Origin: Eledone cirrhosa
Lineage: Eukaryota
DNA length: 64,000 nt
Assembly: GCA_964016885.1 (NCBI GenBank)
Contig: OZ024755.1
Coordinates: 6,076,001-6,140,000, forward strand
Direction of reading: 5' to 3'
This document shows positions 14,942 to 29,467 of this stretch, piece by piece. Position 1 is the stretch's first letter. The number at the start of each line of letters is the position of its first letter. The translations under genes and the position numbers were made by a program. A model generated the notes under the pieces. It was not told the origin of the DNA. It worked only from the letters and a program-made list of their open reading frames with translations, and searched no databases.

Positions 14942-15159
14942 ATCCATACATACATACGTATGCACACGCACACACACACACACACATTCTGAAGAATGGC
15001 ATGAGGGATGTATTTTGTCGAAGTTAGTACTATGGAGTTGCATAACCCTTATCGATTAGTTAATATATCAATTAAAATATCATTTTCCCCTTTGAAACGA
15101 TCGTAAATCGGTGGAAAGATTAAGTACTAAACCATGTATGTGTTTTCATTGTCCATTCT

Positions 15160-15211
15160 TATATATATATATATATGTATGTATATATATATTATATATA
15201 TATATATATAT

Positions 15212-15245
<34 letters not shown>

Positions 15246-15372
15246 ATATATATTATATATATATATATATTATATATATATATATATATTATATATATAT
15301 ATATATATGTATATGTATATATATATATTATATATATATATATATTATATATATATATATATTATATATATA

Positions 15373-15430
<58 letters not shown>

Positions 15431-15709
15431 ATATGTATATGTATATATATATATATGTATATATATATTATATATATGTATATGTATATATATATATTAT
15501 ATATATGTATATATATATATATATTATATATATGTATATGTATATATATATATTATATATATGTATATATATATTATATATATGTATATATATATATGTA
15601 TATATATATATATGTTATATATATATATGTTATATATATATATATGTTATATATATATATATGTTATATATATATATATGTTATATATATATATGTATGT
15701 ATGTATGTG

Positions 15710-15784
<75 letters not shown>

Positions 15785-15790
15785 ATATAT
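15160..15790. repeat. Interrupted (TA)n plus (TG)n
   Basis: Directly visible. Confidence 0.95.
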
Positions 15791-16419
15791 GCATTTCCTA
15801 CTTATTTAAGGAAGTCTATATATTTCTGCATATGTACACATAAATAGACACGTGTATCTGCCCATCCCTCCATACATAAATACATCCACACATATAGACA
15901 CTTATATATTTATAATACATTAACATCCTCTTCTCTGCAGCACCCTGTCTACCCGAAATCTCAGACATATACATAAACAAAACCGCGATGCTCCGAACAT
16001 AGCTTTGTGTGTGTACTATGTACTAATATAGTTGTCTATCTTGCAAAGTATATCACGTATTTCCCCAGACCTCATTCTATAATGTTACCAAACAACTGCC
16101 TATCCGATACCATTGATGTTTTTCTAATTAATTCATTTATGTGTGTTTTCCTCCACATTCAATAAACACGACGACCCAGCAGTTGGTTTCGTCTGGAGTT
16201 GCAGAGATGTAAAAACACAAGAGCAAACAGCATGGAAGGAAAAAAAAATGGCGGCTTTACAAAGTAGAAAGAAATGGTTTAATATCTGGCGTTGGCTGCT
16301 TTCTTATCTAGTGCTGTTTTAAATGCCATATGTGGAACACACATACATCAAAGAATCTACCGAGGAAGCAACGGTGAATGATAGATTAAATGGAAGACGG
16401 TTGAATTCATTCTACCTGT

Positions 16420-16572
16420 AATTCAAAGGTTCGGCTATGTCACATATCATATCACGCTGATTCAGGTTTGTTAATTATGTTATGGATACACGTGTTTGTG
16501 GAATACTCAACTATTTACATGTTAATTCATGAGTTGGACATGTATTTGATTGAACAACTGAACCGACGGAGT
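16420..16572 (+). mobile_element. Old CORE-type SINE, 3' half
   Basis: Similar to the reverse complement of 49270-49470 and 3010-3085. Confidence 0.5.
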
Positions 16573-17025
16573 ATATAACATCGTCAAGATTACCTGTAAG
16601 CCAATATACAGGTGTTGATGGTGATGTGGCTGAAATTGCTAAGGGCCGGGTTGGATGTATTAAATCATTTAGTTTTAACACTCTGCTCTATATTTCTCTA
16701 TATTTTGTGTCAAAGTCCCAGTGAATGCGAATTTATCTTTCATAACTTTCGGCTTGTATCAATTTAAGTTTGTCTTCTTTTATTTTCCACATTATAAACA
16801 TCCACACTTCTCTCTATATCAACCTACTGAAGAAAGTGAGGCATCCGAAAGTTGTAGGGACTTTCCTAACATCTTATATGTGTTATAGTAATATTAATAT
16901 ACGAGTAGTAGAAATAGGCCGAAAAAGACAAGGAAGTAAAGCACGGTGCCCAAAAGGACAAACATATGTGGACGGAGAACTAAGCTGACGAAGCTGAGGT
17001 CAGTGTTAAAGTAAATCATGTGCAT

Positions 17026-17069
<44 letters not shown>

Positions 17070-17479
17070 GCCTATGTGTGTGTGTGTGTTTCAGAGTTGT
17101 ATTTCTCTTGCAAATGAATTAATCTAAGATAATGTGTTAAAACGAAAGCAATGGAAGCATCATTTTAACAATTAAATAAACAGACAAAAACTGTCAATCT
17201 TACTTTATATTTAAAACTGACAATTTATTGGTGTCATAAAGAAATAAAGAATAACTATAAAGTAAAGTTGACAGCTTTTGGTGCCCTTAACATGGCTAGA
17301 TCGCCTCCTCCAAGCTATAACCGCTCTTATATATATATAATTTTAGGTCCCGAAATATTAGGACAGAAGAAAGAACAGCTAGAACAAGAAGCAAAACAAA
17401 GATTACCAGGTAACTTACTTTTTCATTATTCGTTACCTCATCTTACACACTCCATTTTGCCTTCTATCTCTTTCCACAT

Positions 17480-17512
<33 letters not shown>

Positions 17513-18416
17513 CTCTCTCTATCAGTAAACACACAAACACCCACAGACATACACACAGACACACACACACACCAGGATTTGAACTGAAACCACAACTAAT
17601 ATCTAACGTGCTAACGAATGTGCTAAATCAACTGCTTTAGAATTGCAGGTATTGAATAAAAGTTACCATCTTGAAGGTGACTGCAACATAACAAAAATCT
17701 CGAAGACCATTTGAAGACAAACAGAATTCTTTTTCTTCTTCGTAAATACAAAACAAGAAATAAATATCAAATATTCTACCAGAGAAAACACAAAAAACAC
17801 CTCCATTAATCAAATATAATAGAATGAAACAAAAGAAAAGAGACGAAAAGTAAATACAGGCATGCAAAAATCTGAGGCATTCATTCTTTTTAAGATGGGA
17901 GGATGTTGAAACCATATAACATATTTCAAATCTCTTTGGAGACATGGCATCGTTACATCATCTATCTTCGTATTCAGGCATGGCATGTCACTAACACGCC
18001 ATTTCCTACGCTAAACTTTATCGGCATTCGGCTTGGTATTTTTAATATACACACGCACATGTACATACACACATACACACACACGCACGTACGCATACAC
18101 ACACATACAATCAAACACAAACCCTCGCACACATACACTCCAAGACAAAAAACATCCAAAACACACATACAAACAAACACACAGATGTACGTCGAAATTT
18201 TCAATTATCTTTTGTGAAACATCATCATAAAAAACTGATGAATACAACATTTGGCTGGAAGTGTATAAGAAGGGATCTCCGTCGATTTCGACGAGGAATG
18301 TTCCAGTTGTCCTATCACTGGAACTGCATACTCCTGAGTTTTATTTCCCCCGTATAACTTTTTTTTTGTTACTTCTTTGAATAACTAACTGCTTATTTAC
18401 CAGTAGACTTACAACT

Positions 18417-18504
<88 letters not shown>

Positions 18505-19078
18505 TTCTCTCTCACTCACACACACCCACTATATCCATCTCTTTATCTCTGTCTCATTTTTGACGGAAGTTTACATTTCCTTCCAGCTAGTGTTACAATT
18601 GGCACAACTTATCTGCAACGTATACTGTCCTGTGACATTGCTTAATATCTCACATCTGTCTTTCCACCGAGCTGTTCTCCAAACAGTTGCGCAAATTGGC
18701 ATTACAAGTTCAATACCCATTTACTGCACAAAATTGCAGTCTAGAATTGTGGCTGAAGAGGTAGAGATGCAGCTACCTGTTTTGTCTTATGTGAATCCCC
18801 TGTGTATTTTCTCCTGATACTAAATAAGAAAGCAAATAACAAGATATTATATGCAGTTGTAGTGTGTAGGCAGCTAATATAGCATGGAATTTAGGAAACT
18901 AGTTATTTGTGGTTTCTCCTTTTCTTTATTTATTTATCTATCTATCTATCTATCTATCTACCTATCTTTCTCCATAGGTATAAATATCTGTGAAAATAGG
19001 AACACACATATATATACACATAAACACATATATGTATAGAAATAATTATGTATTTTTCACGCACAATATGCACAACCA

Positions 19079-19120
<42 letters not shown>

Positions 19121-19125
<5 letters not shown>

Positions 19126-19262
19126 TATCCCGGGTTCAATCAGGGGGTAACCACAGTAAGTAAGGTACTCAATACATAGCAGAGTATAACTATTTAATAT
19201 AAAAATGGCTTCCTGATGATTTCTCCTCAATGAAACAGTTCTAGTCCTGTAGAAACCATTTC
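19121..19262 (+). mobile_element. Hammerhead-bearing element family H2, copy with intact core
   Basis: Paralogous to 42798-42930 and 58503-58671. Lies between (TA)n and (TC)n(TA)n. Confidence 0.75.
19203..19261 (+). ncRNA. Type I hammerhead ribozyme motif, all core nucleotides intact, predicted cleavage after GUA (19251)
   Basis: AAAUGGCUUC-CUGAUGA-uuucuccucaau-GAAA-CAG(uucuaguc)CUG-UA-GAAACCAUUU: stem I 9/10 bp, stem III 4 bp, stem II weak. Confidence 0.75.
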
Positions 19263-19297
19263 TCTCTCTCTCTATATATATATATACACACACACAT

Positions 19298-19343
<46 letters not shown>

Positions 19344-19344
19344 A

Positions 19345-19393
<49 letters not shown>

Positions 19394-19686
19394 ACATGTA
19401 TGGCTGCTTTTTTTTATTTTAGTTTAGTTAACATCTCTATTGCACTAGAGTCATAAGTACATATTTGCTTCACTATTTTAGTTATTTTCTTCTTGCTCCT
19501 CCTCTTCTTTGTTCTTATCTTTCCTTTCATTACTTTTCTAATTTATTGCTTTTAGTTATGGCGTCTACTTCAGTCAAATTCTAATCGATAAAATGATGAG
19601 TCTTGCGGAAAAAACAATATGCATGTCTATCTATCTATCTATATCTATATATCTATCAATCTATCTATGTATGTATGTATGTATGT

Positions 19687-19777
19687 ATAACGAAGAAAGT
19701 GTGGTAAGGAACCAGGTGGACGATAACGCACCAGAGTACTCAATACTTTCGAAACGGCCGGAGCTCCTGACCATCTT

Positions 19778-19781
<4 letters not shown>
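19687..19781. mobile_element. Family H3 fragment (internally deleted)
   Basis: Reverse-complement match to the 34290-34350 tail plus a CGAAACGGC remnant. Confidence 0.65.
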
Positions 19782-19827
<46 letters not shown>

Positions 19828-19958
19828 GTGTGTGTATATATATATATAAATATGTGTGTATATATATATGTATGTATAAAGAGAGCGAGAGAAAGAGAGA
19901 TAGATAGATAGCTGCATGAATATATGTATATTGAATAGAAATATACTAAAACTAATAA

Positions 19959-20148
19959 TAATAATTGTTTCTACTTTTTGGCACAAGGCCAGCAATTACC
20001 CAGTACATTACTGGTACTTTATTTTATCGACCCCGTAAGGATGAAAGGCAAAGTTAACCTCGGCGGGATTTGAACTCAGACCGTAAAGGACATAACTATG
20101 CTGGAAAGCATGGCGTCCGACCCTCTACCGATACTGCCAATCTACCGA
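19959..20148 (-). mobile_element. SINE family A
   Basis: Full-length match. Confidence 0.9.
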
Positions 20149-20399
20149 TTTACTAATAATAATAATAAAACAAAATATATTTCTATTCAACAGAAAACAA
20201 GAAGAAAAAATACTAACCATCCTAAAACTGAAAAGCCCGGTTGAGGGTACAAACAAATTGTAACGACCCTCGTTAGTAGGGCCCCCATTGCAGAAGACCC
20301 GAGCCAATTGGCCCCTTTACCCCATTAAACCCGGCCCTGTCCGCGCACACACAAACACATATATACACACACAGGTTATAGCATCAAATACAAACACTG

Positions 20400-20800
20400 C
20401 TAGTTTATTTTCTCAATTCTAGATAATTCCCATTTATCTCTTTCTCATATCTTTACTACTATTTCCTCTGTTGTAATATCTAACCATTCTTGTTGTATAA
20501 CATTCTACAAGTTTTCCTTTTTCTGGGGATTATTATTTCTCCAAGATTGTTCTTGTTTGTCTATAGAATTCTTTCCTCTTATAGTTTTGTTATTTAATTT
20601 CCTGCAAAACCCTTGCGTGTCTTCTCGGAATTAACTGAATTGTTTGATTCTCTTCTCACACTTATTTCTCAACATTTGCTTTTCACCCTTTTGACTTGGT
20701 CTTTATTTTCTATAGTTATGTTCTCATTCATCCTTAATACTACGTCATCTCCACTGCAATGGTTTCTTTTCCTCGTTCATACTTTCACTATTTTTCTTTT
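20400..20800 (-). mobile_element. Decayed R4/Dong-like LINE fragment (region preceding the RT domain); may extend to about 21450
   Basis: Minus-strand pieces EKRIKQF...GFCRKLN and QQEWLDITTEEIVVKI*ERDKWELSRIEKIN resemble the R4/Dong pattern FYR.L...I..EEV.....NWK.PG.D.I.N. Confidence 0.45.
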
Positions 20801-21827
20801 GCATTTCACATATTATTGCTAAATCTTTTCTTTTTCAGTTGATTTCCCATTGAAAGCTTTGTTCTTCAACTCTTTTACTTCTATATGTTCTTGTTTTCGT
20901 GTTTTTCTCACAGTTTTCTACACTATCAGATTAAGTAGCCACACATGCTGTGGTGTACATTATTATATGGTTTATACCTACAACACAACATCTATGTTAT
21001 TGATTTACTGTGTAGTTGTTTCTAATGCCTGATTAACTTGTTTGATAAGGTGTCTATATTTTTATGTTATATTATATCCTGCAAGGTCATGGTTTACCTT
21101 ACAATTTCTATGAATATTATATCTTCGAATGTTTATTTAATTTCCTTCATCATTTTTCTATGTGATTGCATTCATTTACTTGTGTTGGCATTAAACTGTT
21201 TTTCCCATTCTTACTTGGCAGTACTAGGTTTCATTTTGTTTGTTCCTACCATTTTGTTATGCTGTGTTCAAGTGCGGATTGCTTGCAGTTAATTTGCGTT
21301 CTATCGCCGTCTAGCTTTTTTATTCACTGTAGTTTTATTGTCGATAGCTTTCTATTATCTCCCTTTAATATTTCTCCTTCGTGTAAGATTATCCTTTCTT
21401 CTGTTTTAAAACTTAATGCTACTTATTCGAAAAACACGTTTGTATATTTTTAAATTTACAGCTCTCATCTATAGAGGTTTAGCTGCTCTCTTGCGAAGTT
21501 GCAACTAATACAATGTTTTCGCTTCTAATATTGAAACTAACGTGAAATGCAGTGTATTGTGTAAGAATACAACGAGCCGCCATTTCCAGCGACATGCGTG
21601 TGATTTTGTTTAAATATATGTACACACACTGAAACAAACATACACACACACACACACACATACATTGAGATATACATATATGCATACATACATAGCCACG
21701 GATATAAAAGTATATAAAATAATAGTTTACAGAATGGAAATATTACTCCTAGGAAACACTCCCTTAACATTAGCAGTAAAAGGAAAAGAAACTATTCTGA
21801 TAATACAAAAAAAAGCAAAGAGCTTGT

Positions 21828-21829
<2 letters not shown>

Positions 21830-21864
<35 letters not shown>

Positions 21865-24314
21865 TACACATATATGCATATATATACATACACATATATG
21901 CATAATATATGCCTATATATATACATACACATATATATGTATATATATATATATAAGAATATATCTATATATATCTATATATATATATGCATACACATAT
22001 ATGTATATTATATGCATATATATATATACATACAGATATATATGTATATATATAAGCATATATATCTCTCTCTATATATATATGCATACACATATATGCA
22101 TATATATACATACACATATATATGTATATATATATATGCTTATACATATATGCATATATATACATACACATATATATGTATATATATAAGCATATACATA
22201 TATCTATATATATATATATAAGCATACATATATGTATATATATATATAATAATATGTATACATATATATATATATAAGCATATATATATGTATATATATA
22301 TAATCACATATATATATGTATAAATATATAATCACATATATATATGTATATATATATAATCATATATATATATGTATATATATATATAATCATATATATA
22401 TATGTATATATATATATAATCATATATATATATGTATATATATATATAATCATATATATATATGTATATATATATATAATCATATATATATATGTATATA
22501 TATATAATCATATATATATATGTATATATATATATAATCATATATATATATGTATATATATATAATCATATATATATATGTATATATATATATAATCATA
22601 TATATATGTATATATATATATAATCATATATATATGTATATATATATATAATCATATATATATGTATATATATATATAATCATATATATATGTATATATA
22701 TATAATCATATATAATCATATATATATATATATATAATTATATTATTATATATATATATACATATATATATGATTATATATATATACAAATATATATATG
22801 ATTATATATATATACACATATATATATATGATTATATATATATACACATATATATATGATTATATATATATACACATATATATATGATTATATATATATA
22901 CACATATATATATGATTATATATATATACACATATATATATGATTATATATATATACACATATATATATGATTATATATATATACACATATATATATGAT
23001 TATATATATATACACATATATATATGATTATATATATATACACATATATATATGATTATATATATATACACATATATATATGATTATATATATATACATA
23101 TGATTATATATATATACATATATATATGATTATATATATATACACATATATATATGATTATATATATATACATATATATGTGATTATATATATATACACA
23201 TATATATATGATTATATATATATACACATATATATATGATTATATATATATACATATATATATGATTATATATATATACATATATATATGATTATATATA
23301 TATACATATATATATGATTATATATATATACATATATATATGATTATATATATATAATATATATATATATAATATATATATAAATATAATCATATATATA
23401 TGATTATATTTATATATATATTATATATATATATAATCATATATATATGATTATATATATATAATATATATATAATATATATATAAATATAATCATATAT
23501 ATATGATTATATTTATATATATATTATATATATATATAATCATATATATATGATTATATATATATAATATATATATAATCATATATATATGATTATATAT
23601 ATATAATCATATATATATATATATATAATCATATATATATATATAATCATATATATATATATATATATATAATCAAATATATATAAATATAATCAAATAT
23701 ATATATATATATATATATATATAATCAAATATATATATATATATAATCAAATATATATATATACAATAATATATATATATAAGCCTATATATATAAGCAT
23801 ATATATATATAAGCATATATATATATATATATAAGCATATATATATATATATATATATAAGCACATATATATATATATATATAAGCATATATATATATAT
23901 ATAAGCATATATATATATATATATATAAGCATATATATATATATATATATATAAGCATATATATAAGCATATATATATATATATATATATATATAAGCAT
24001 ATATATATATATATAAGCATATATATATATATATATATATATAAGCATATATATAAGCATATATATATATATATATATAAGCATATATATATATATATAT
24101 ATATATAAGCATATATATATATATATATATAAGCATATATATATATATATATATAAGCATATATATATATATAAGCATATATATATATATATATAAGCAT
24201 ATATATATATATATATATATAAGCTTATATATATATATATATATATAAGCATATATATATATATATATAAGCATATATATATATATAAGCATATATATAT
24301 ATATTTATATAAGC

Positions 24315-24365
<51 letters not shown>
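21830..24365. repeat. 2.5-kb segmented TA satellite (AATC-, GATT- and AAGC-punctuated blocks)
   Basis: Directly visible. Confidence 0.95.
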
Positions 24366-24367
<2 letters not shown>

Positions 24368-24619
24368 CGTATGTATAATTCGCCTGATATGTCAAAAATT
24401 CATCTAAGCTTTTACAATGCACGTTATATAAAGGATGGTAGAAGTCATCAAAATGTGATGTACCCTAAAATAGATATAGCTAAAAAGACATCTGAAGAAA
24501 ACATCAAAGAAATACGTAAATACTTGAAGATGGTGGATGACAGGGAAGGAAATATGGCAGCTGACTGTTGACGTGTTAGTTGTTTGGTAGCTTATTAGAA
24601 AGAACGAGGACAGGTGATA

Positions 24620-24722
24620 TATTTTATCGACCCCGTAAGGATGAAATGTAAAGCTAACGTCGACGGAATTTGAACTCAGATCATGGTGTTTGATGCTCTA
24701 CCGATACTGCCAATCCACCGCT
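24620..24722 (-). mobile_element. SINE family A, deleted copy
   Basis: Body and head match with an internal deletion. Confidence 0.8.
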
Positions 24723-24767
24723 CTTTTGCAAATGTTAATAATAAAGATGCCAATAATGTTAGAATGG

Positions 24768-25105
24768 GAAAGCGTATGGCTTATTGGTAAGAGCATTGGG
24801 CTTGTAATTGAGAGGTTGTGGGTTTAATTCTCAGATTGGTGATGCGTTGTGTCCTTGAGCAAGACACTTTAGTTCACGTTGCTCCAGTTTATTCAGCTGT
24901 AGTAATGGGTTGCGACGTCACAGATGCATGGCTCTATCAGTCATTGCTTTTCCTTTGGACAACATCGGTGGCGGGGAGAGAGAGGAGACTGGTATGCATG
25001 GGTGACTGCTAATTTTCCACAAACAAACCTTGTCCAGGCTTGTGCCTCGGAGGCAAACTTTCTAGGAGCAAAGCCATGGTCAGTAGTGACCGATGGAGAC
25101 ACACT
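24768..25105 (+). mobile_element. tRNA-headed CORE-type SINE (family B)
   Basis: Head TGGCTTATTGGT...GGTTTAATTCT, then CORE-like GTGTCCTTGAGCAAGACACTT...CAGTTTATTCAGCTGTAG.AATGGG. Paralogue at 49488-49635. Confidence 0.8.
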
Positions 25106-25675
25106 TAAATATAAAGAAAATATCAAGATTCTGTTAAGAAGGTTCGAGAAGATGATTTGGTTTCTATCCTCGTAGTTAATTCATTTAATGTACTTTCCTT
25201 ATTGACTTTTCCGTATTTGAATGGTGCACGTTGTTATGTAAAGTAATATAGACTTTTTTTTTCGTTTATTGGTTCTAGTCAATGGCCTAACGGTCAGGAC
25301 GTGTCATTATTTGTAGAAGTTTTTAATCCATCACATTGAACATGTTTCTTGTAGATATTGAATTTAACATTAAAGCTTTCTATTGACTTTTTCATATGTT
25401 ACAACCATACACGGTGTTATCTGATGTCTTATACATATTTACTCTTTTATTCTTTTCAGAAATTGACACATGGCCCCCATGATTGGTCCCTCATTTCTCT
25501 GGTTTCTATTCCATCACCTCAAACCGAGTTCTTATTTTAAACTGGTAATAATTTTATCGATATCTAATATCATTTATCGAATATCGAAGTTAATCTTTTG
25601 ACAACCATTTTTATGTAGTTAAACATAAACCCATACACACTTACAGATTTATATATACATATATATATATATAGA

Positions 25676-25906
25676 TGTAGGGTTGCAAGGTAAATGCGTT
25701 CATAGCACTCAATGCTCGCATAGAGCAGAGTATAATATTATAAAGAACCGATCTAGAAGTAATGACACGTCATGACCGTTAGGCCATTGACTAGAACCAA
25801 TAAACTAATGAAAGAAAGAACAGATCTTGCCTCGAGCTGATCGACGGAGAAACATATGTAATATGTTAATAAATGTGATATAATGCAACACTGATTCCTC
25901 GTTCTT

Positions 25907-25910
<4 letters not shown>
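25676..25910 (+). mobile_element. Hammerhead-bearing element family H4, 5' half of the ribozyme replaced
   Basis: Both ends match the reverse complement of 46992-47253. Retains GAAA-CAUAUG-UA-AUAUGUU. Flanked by (TA)n. Confidence 0.7.
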
Positions 25911-25948
<38 letters not shown>

Positions 25949-25970
25949 TATATATACATATTATATATAT

Positions 25971-26011
<41 letters not shown>

Positions 26012-26120
26012 TTATTAAAATAACAGATTAAATATTTGCTCTAGGGTTCTTATATATTTAATATATATTTATCCTTATCGAGCCCTCTTTGGATTTTAGT
26101 CTTCACATTTATTATTATTA
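26012..26120. mobile_element. Family H5 terminal fragment
   Basis: Reverse-complement match to about 60830-60940, flanked by TA. Confidence 0.7.
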
Positions 26121-28170
26121 CTATATATATGACAGATTTCTGTAGAGGTTCCATCTACCAGATTTCAATCATATAGACTTGGTCAAGCCGAAGCCGAATC
26201 AGAAGATACATATATTCTACATCCACAATAGTGTATTGCCCGTTTACTGGGATCAAATCTAGAAATACATGGCTGGGAAGTGAAACTCTTCCCCATACTG
26301 CAACTACATAGGACGATAAATTGTAAAAGATATGTGTTACAACTGCTCGTTCACTGAAACTATTGCACTAAAAACAGTTCACTGAAGTCATAAAGGAAAG
26401 TTTATGCTTAGAATATTAAAAAAGGTAATATATGCTCGAATATGTCTTCAGAGAAAAACAATTATTTTTTTAGCGTGGCCCAGAGCCAGGAACTTTAGGA
26501 TAGAGAAGAATCAATTAAATCGATCCGACTACTTCACTTTGTAGTTATTTTATTGATCGCTAAAGGAGCGAAAAACAAAGGAAAAGGTGGTGTCAACATC
26601 GGGTAAAATCTATCTCTGCACCGAATCCTCTATTCACCCTGAGGTATTTTCTTCGGCGTTCGACTAATTATGCCAATGAATTAAAAAAAATAATATAATT
26701 GTTGATGACTAATATTTTACTTCAGTATATATGTGAAATATTTCCCGACATATTTCATTCTATTTTCTGCACTCTTAAACAGAAACTCAATCTCACCATA
26801 ATTTACTGAATTATAAGCGATCAAATTGCTTAATAAACATACATAAATATATTTAGTGAAGGGGTGTTCCCGAGTGATGAAAGCACTGGACTAGCAAACA
26901 TGGCAGGTGGTGTGTTCAGTTCTTGAACAAGAAGTTTTATTTCACGTTCTTTTTCATGTCAAAACTAGGGCCCCTATCATTAAAAACACATGAGAAAGCA
27001 GCAGCACCTATGAGATTTAAACCTCACAGAAGGCCAGTTAAAACTGCATAAGATTGAGCTGTTTATTTCATAAATACTTTGGAAACATCGCAGATATGTT
27101 CCTATTAATTCAATTGCTATGGAAAGCGAAGTATCTATGTTTTATGCTCTTGAAATTCTTCTGAAAATAAATACATATATATTAAATAGTTTATTGAAAT
27201 TATCTCAGCTTCATATAGTAGTTTATAACAGAGTACAAAACATTTTCTTGGACAATACGCCAGCCTATATAAAAGTTCCAGCTCTTGTTCGTTCTTATTT
27301 TTTCAGCTGAGTGGAAATAAGCGCCGTGAAATGAAGTAATTTACTCAATCTCACAATGAACCACCAGGTCTGAGATCGGACACATACACCTATGTGAGAC
27401 ACAATCAACATATTACTAGGTGGAGGGTAGGGTAGTTGCTAGTGTTTAGTCATTTTAAATGTACACATAGAATACATAAACAGACTCATTAACTGCTTAA
27501 TGAACACAACCACAAGTATATGGTCCAAACGTGGAAGAGCCGAACTCCCACTGTCACCGCCTCCATCTCTCTCGCCCTCCCCATATCTCTGTATGGTGGG
27601 AAAATGGGGTCCCACAGGCTTGCCGCCCCACAGCCCCAGCAGACAAAAGGGAGGAGGTGTTTCCCCGGCGGATGGTAAGGGAGATGTTATAAAACCAATA
27701 CCCGACTAACTAAGCCACGTTCTTTCATATTTATTGAGGTAGGTAGAATAAGTTAATTACTGAGAAGTTTAATTACTCTAACATGTCTTCAACTCTTGAT
27801 AATTAACAGGTAAATGGGTGTGGGCATATTTAATGACTTTCAGCGCTAAACAACCGAACTAAAGAAATTACTAAATAAGTCTGATGAGATACAGTTTCTT
27901 GTAATTAACCCCTTATTACTACTACTACAACTACTGCTACTACTACTACTACTACCACCACCACCACAACCACCAGCATCACTACTACTACTATTACTGC
28001 TACCACCGCCACCAGCATCACTACTACTGATACTACTGCTGCTGCTACTACCACCACCACCATTACTACTACCACCACCACCAGCATCATTACTACTACT
28101 ACCACCAGCATTATTACTACTACTACTACCAACACTACCACCACGACCACTACTACTTCTGCTGCACTTC

Positions 28171-28445
28171 CTTTATCGACCCCGTAAGGATGAAAGGCAA
28201 AGTTAACATCGGCGGGATTTGAACTCAGAACGTAAAGGGCCGTAACTCTATGCGTCAAAGCATGGCGTCCTACTCTCTACCGATACTGCCAATCCACCGT
28301 ATAATAATAATTGTTTCTTTTTGTAGGCACAAGACCAGCAATTTGAAGGGTAGAAGAAAGTCACTTAAATTGACACCAGTACATTACTGTTACCGACTCC
28401 TTAAGGATGAAATAAACAGCTCAAACCTCGGCTAGATTTGAACAC
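28171..28445 (-). mobile_element. Two adjacent partial SINE family A copies (28171-28299, 28304-28445)
   Basis: Head and body of one copy, then a long-tail variant of a second. Confidence 0.8.
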
Positions 28446-29338
28446 TATATTCTTTTCTTCAGTATTTTCTTTTTGTTTTGTTTATTTCTCTGTGTGTCCT
28501 CTTTAGTTTATTGGTCAAATGTCGCCTAATTATGTTTTGTGAATTGAAATTTGAATTCATTAAGAGAATGTTATCTGGCTGATTCTAAAGATGGAAGTTT
28601 CTCTACATGATTGCACAGTCATGGTAAGTCAGACAGTGGAAATAAATTAGATTAAGCGGGAATTAATAACGCCAAGAACACCTGTTGATTTTTAACTGGC
28701 TGAGGAAGATTGCCTCTGTCATGTCTGATAATGGCAGGGAGAAAAAACCACAAGAACACCAACAAGAACAAGAATAATGGTAAGACGAAGAACTAAGTAA
28801 CTAAAACAAGAAATAAGATTGTCAACAACAAAAACCACATTAAAACACAAAAAAACAATTATAAGAACATCATCAACAACAACAGCAACAATAACAATTA
28901 CAAAAAGAAGGAGGAGGAAAAGAAGAAGACGGAGACGAAGAAGAAGACGACGGAGAAGGATAATAATAAGAAGACCAGGAAGAAAAACAACAACAGTAGC
29001 AGCAACAACAACAATAACAACAGATATACCAATAACCACGTGGGCAATTACAACAACAACAGCAAGTGTAACACCAACAACAAATTAACAATATATCTAA
29101 TTGGACATTTACTCTAGAAGCAGTTTGACACCCCCAAGATGGCACACCACCTCCACCACCACCTCCACTACCATCGCTGCCAAAACCACCAACATTATCA
29201 TCATCATCATAAAAGCAAGAAATATTCCATTTAGCAGACATATTGAGAGCAGCCTCAGAAGAACTTTTCCTATTTTCAGAATATTTCTAATTTGTCAATT
29301 TACAGATGACATTACCGAACAAAAGGAACAGCTAGATC

Positions 29339-29467
29339 TAGCTGTCGAAACGGCCTGAGCTCAGCCGTCGGGGTCCTGAATCATCTCCTATTACTCACTC
29401 TACTACCCCAAGTATCGAGTAATCTGGTGCAATATAGTCCACCTAGTGTCTTACTACACCCTCTTTG

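Noticed and set aside
16980-17015. CTGACGA followed by a GCTGA/TCAGT hairpin near (TA)n
   Set aside because: No GAAA, stem III or stem I, so insufficient for a hammerhead call.
28819-29088. Protamine-like Arg-rich ORF
   Set aside because: Non-ATG start, and derived from (AGA)/(ACA) microsatellites.
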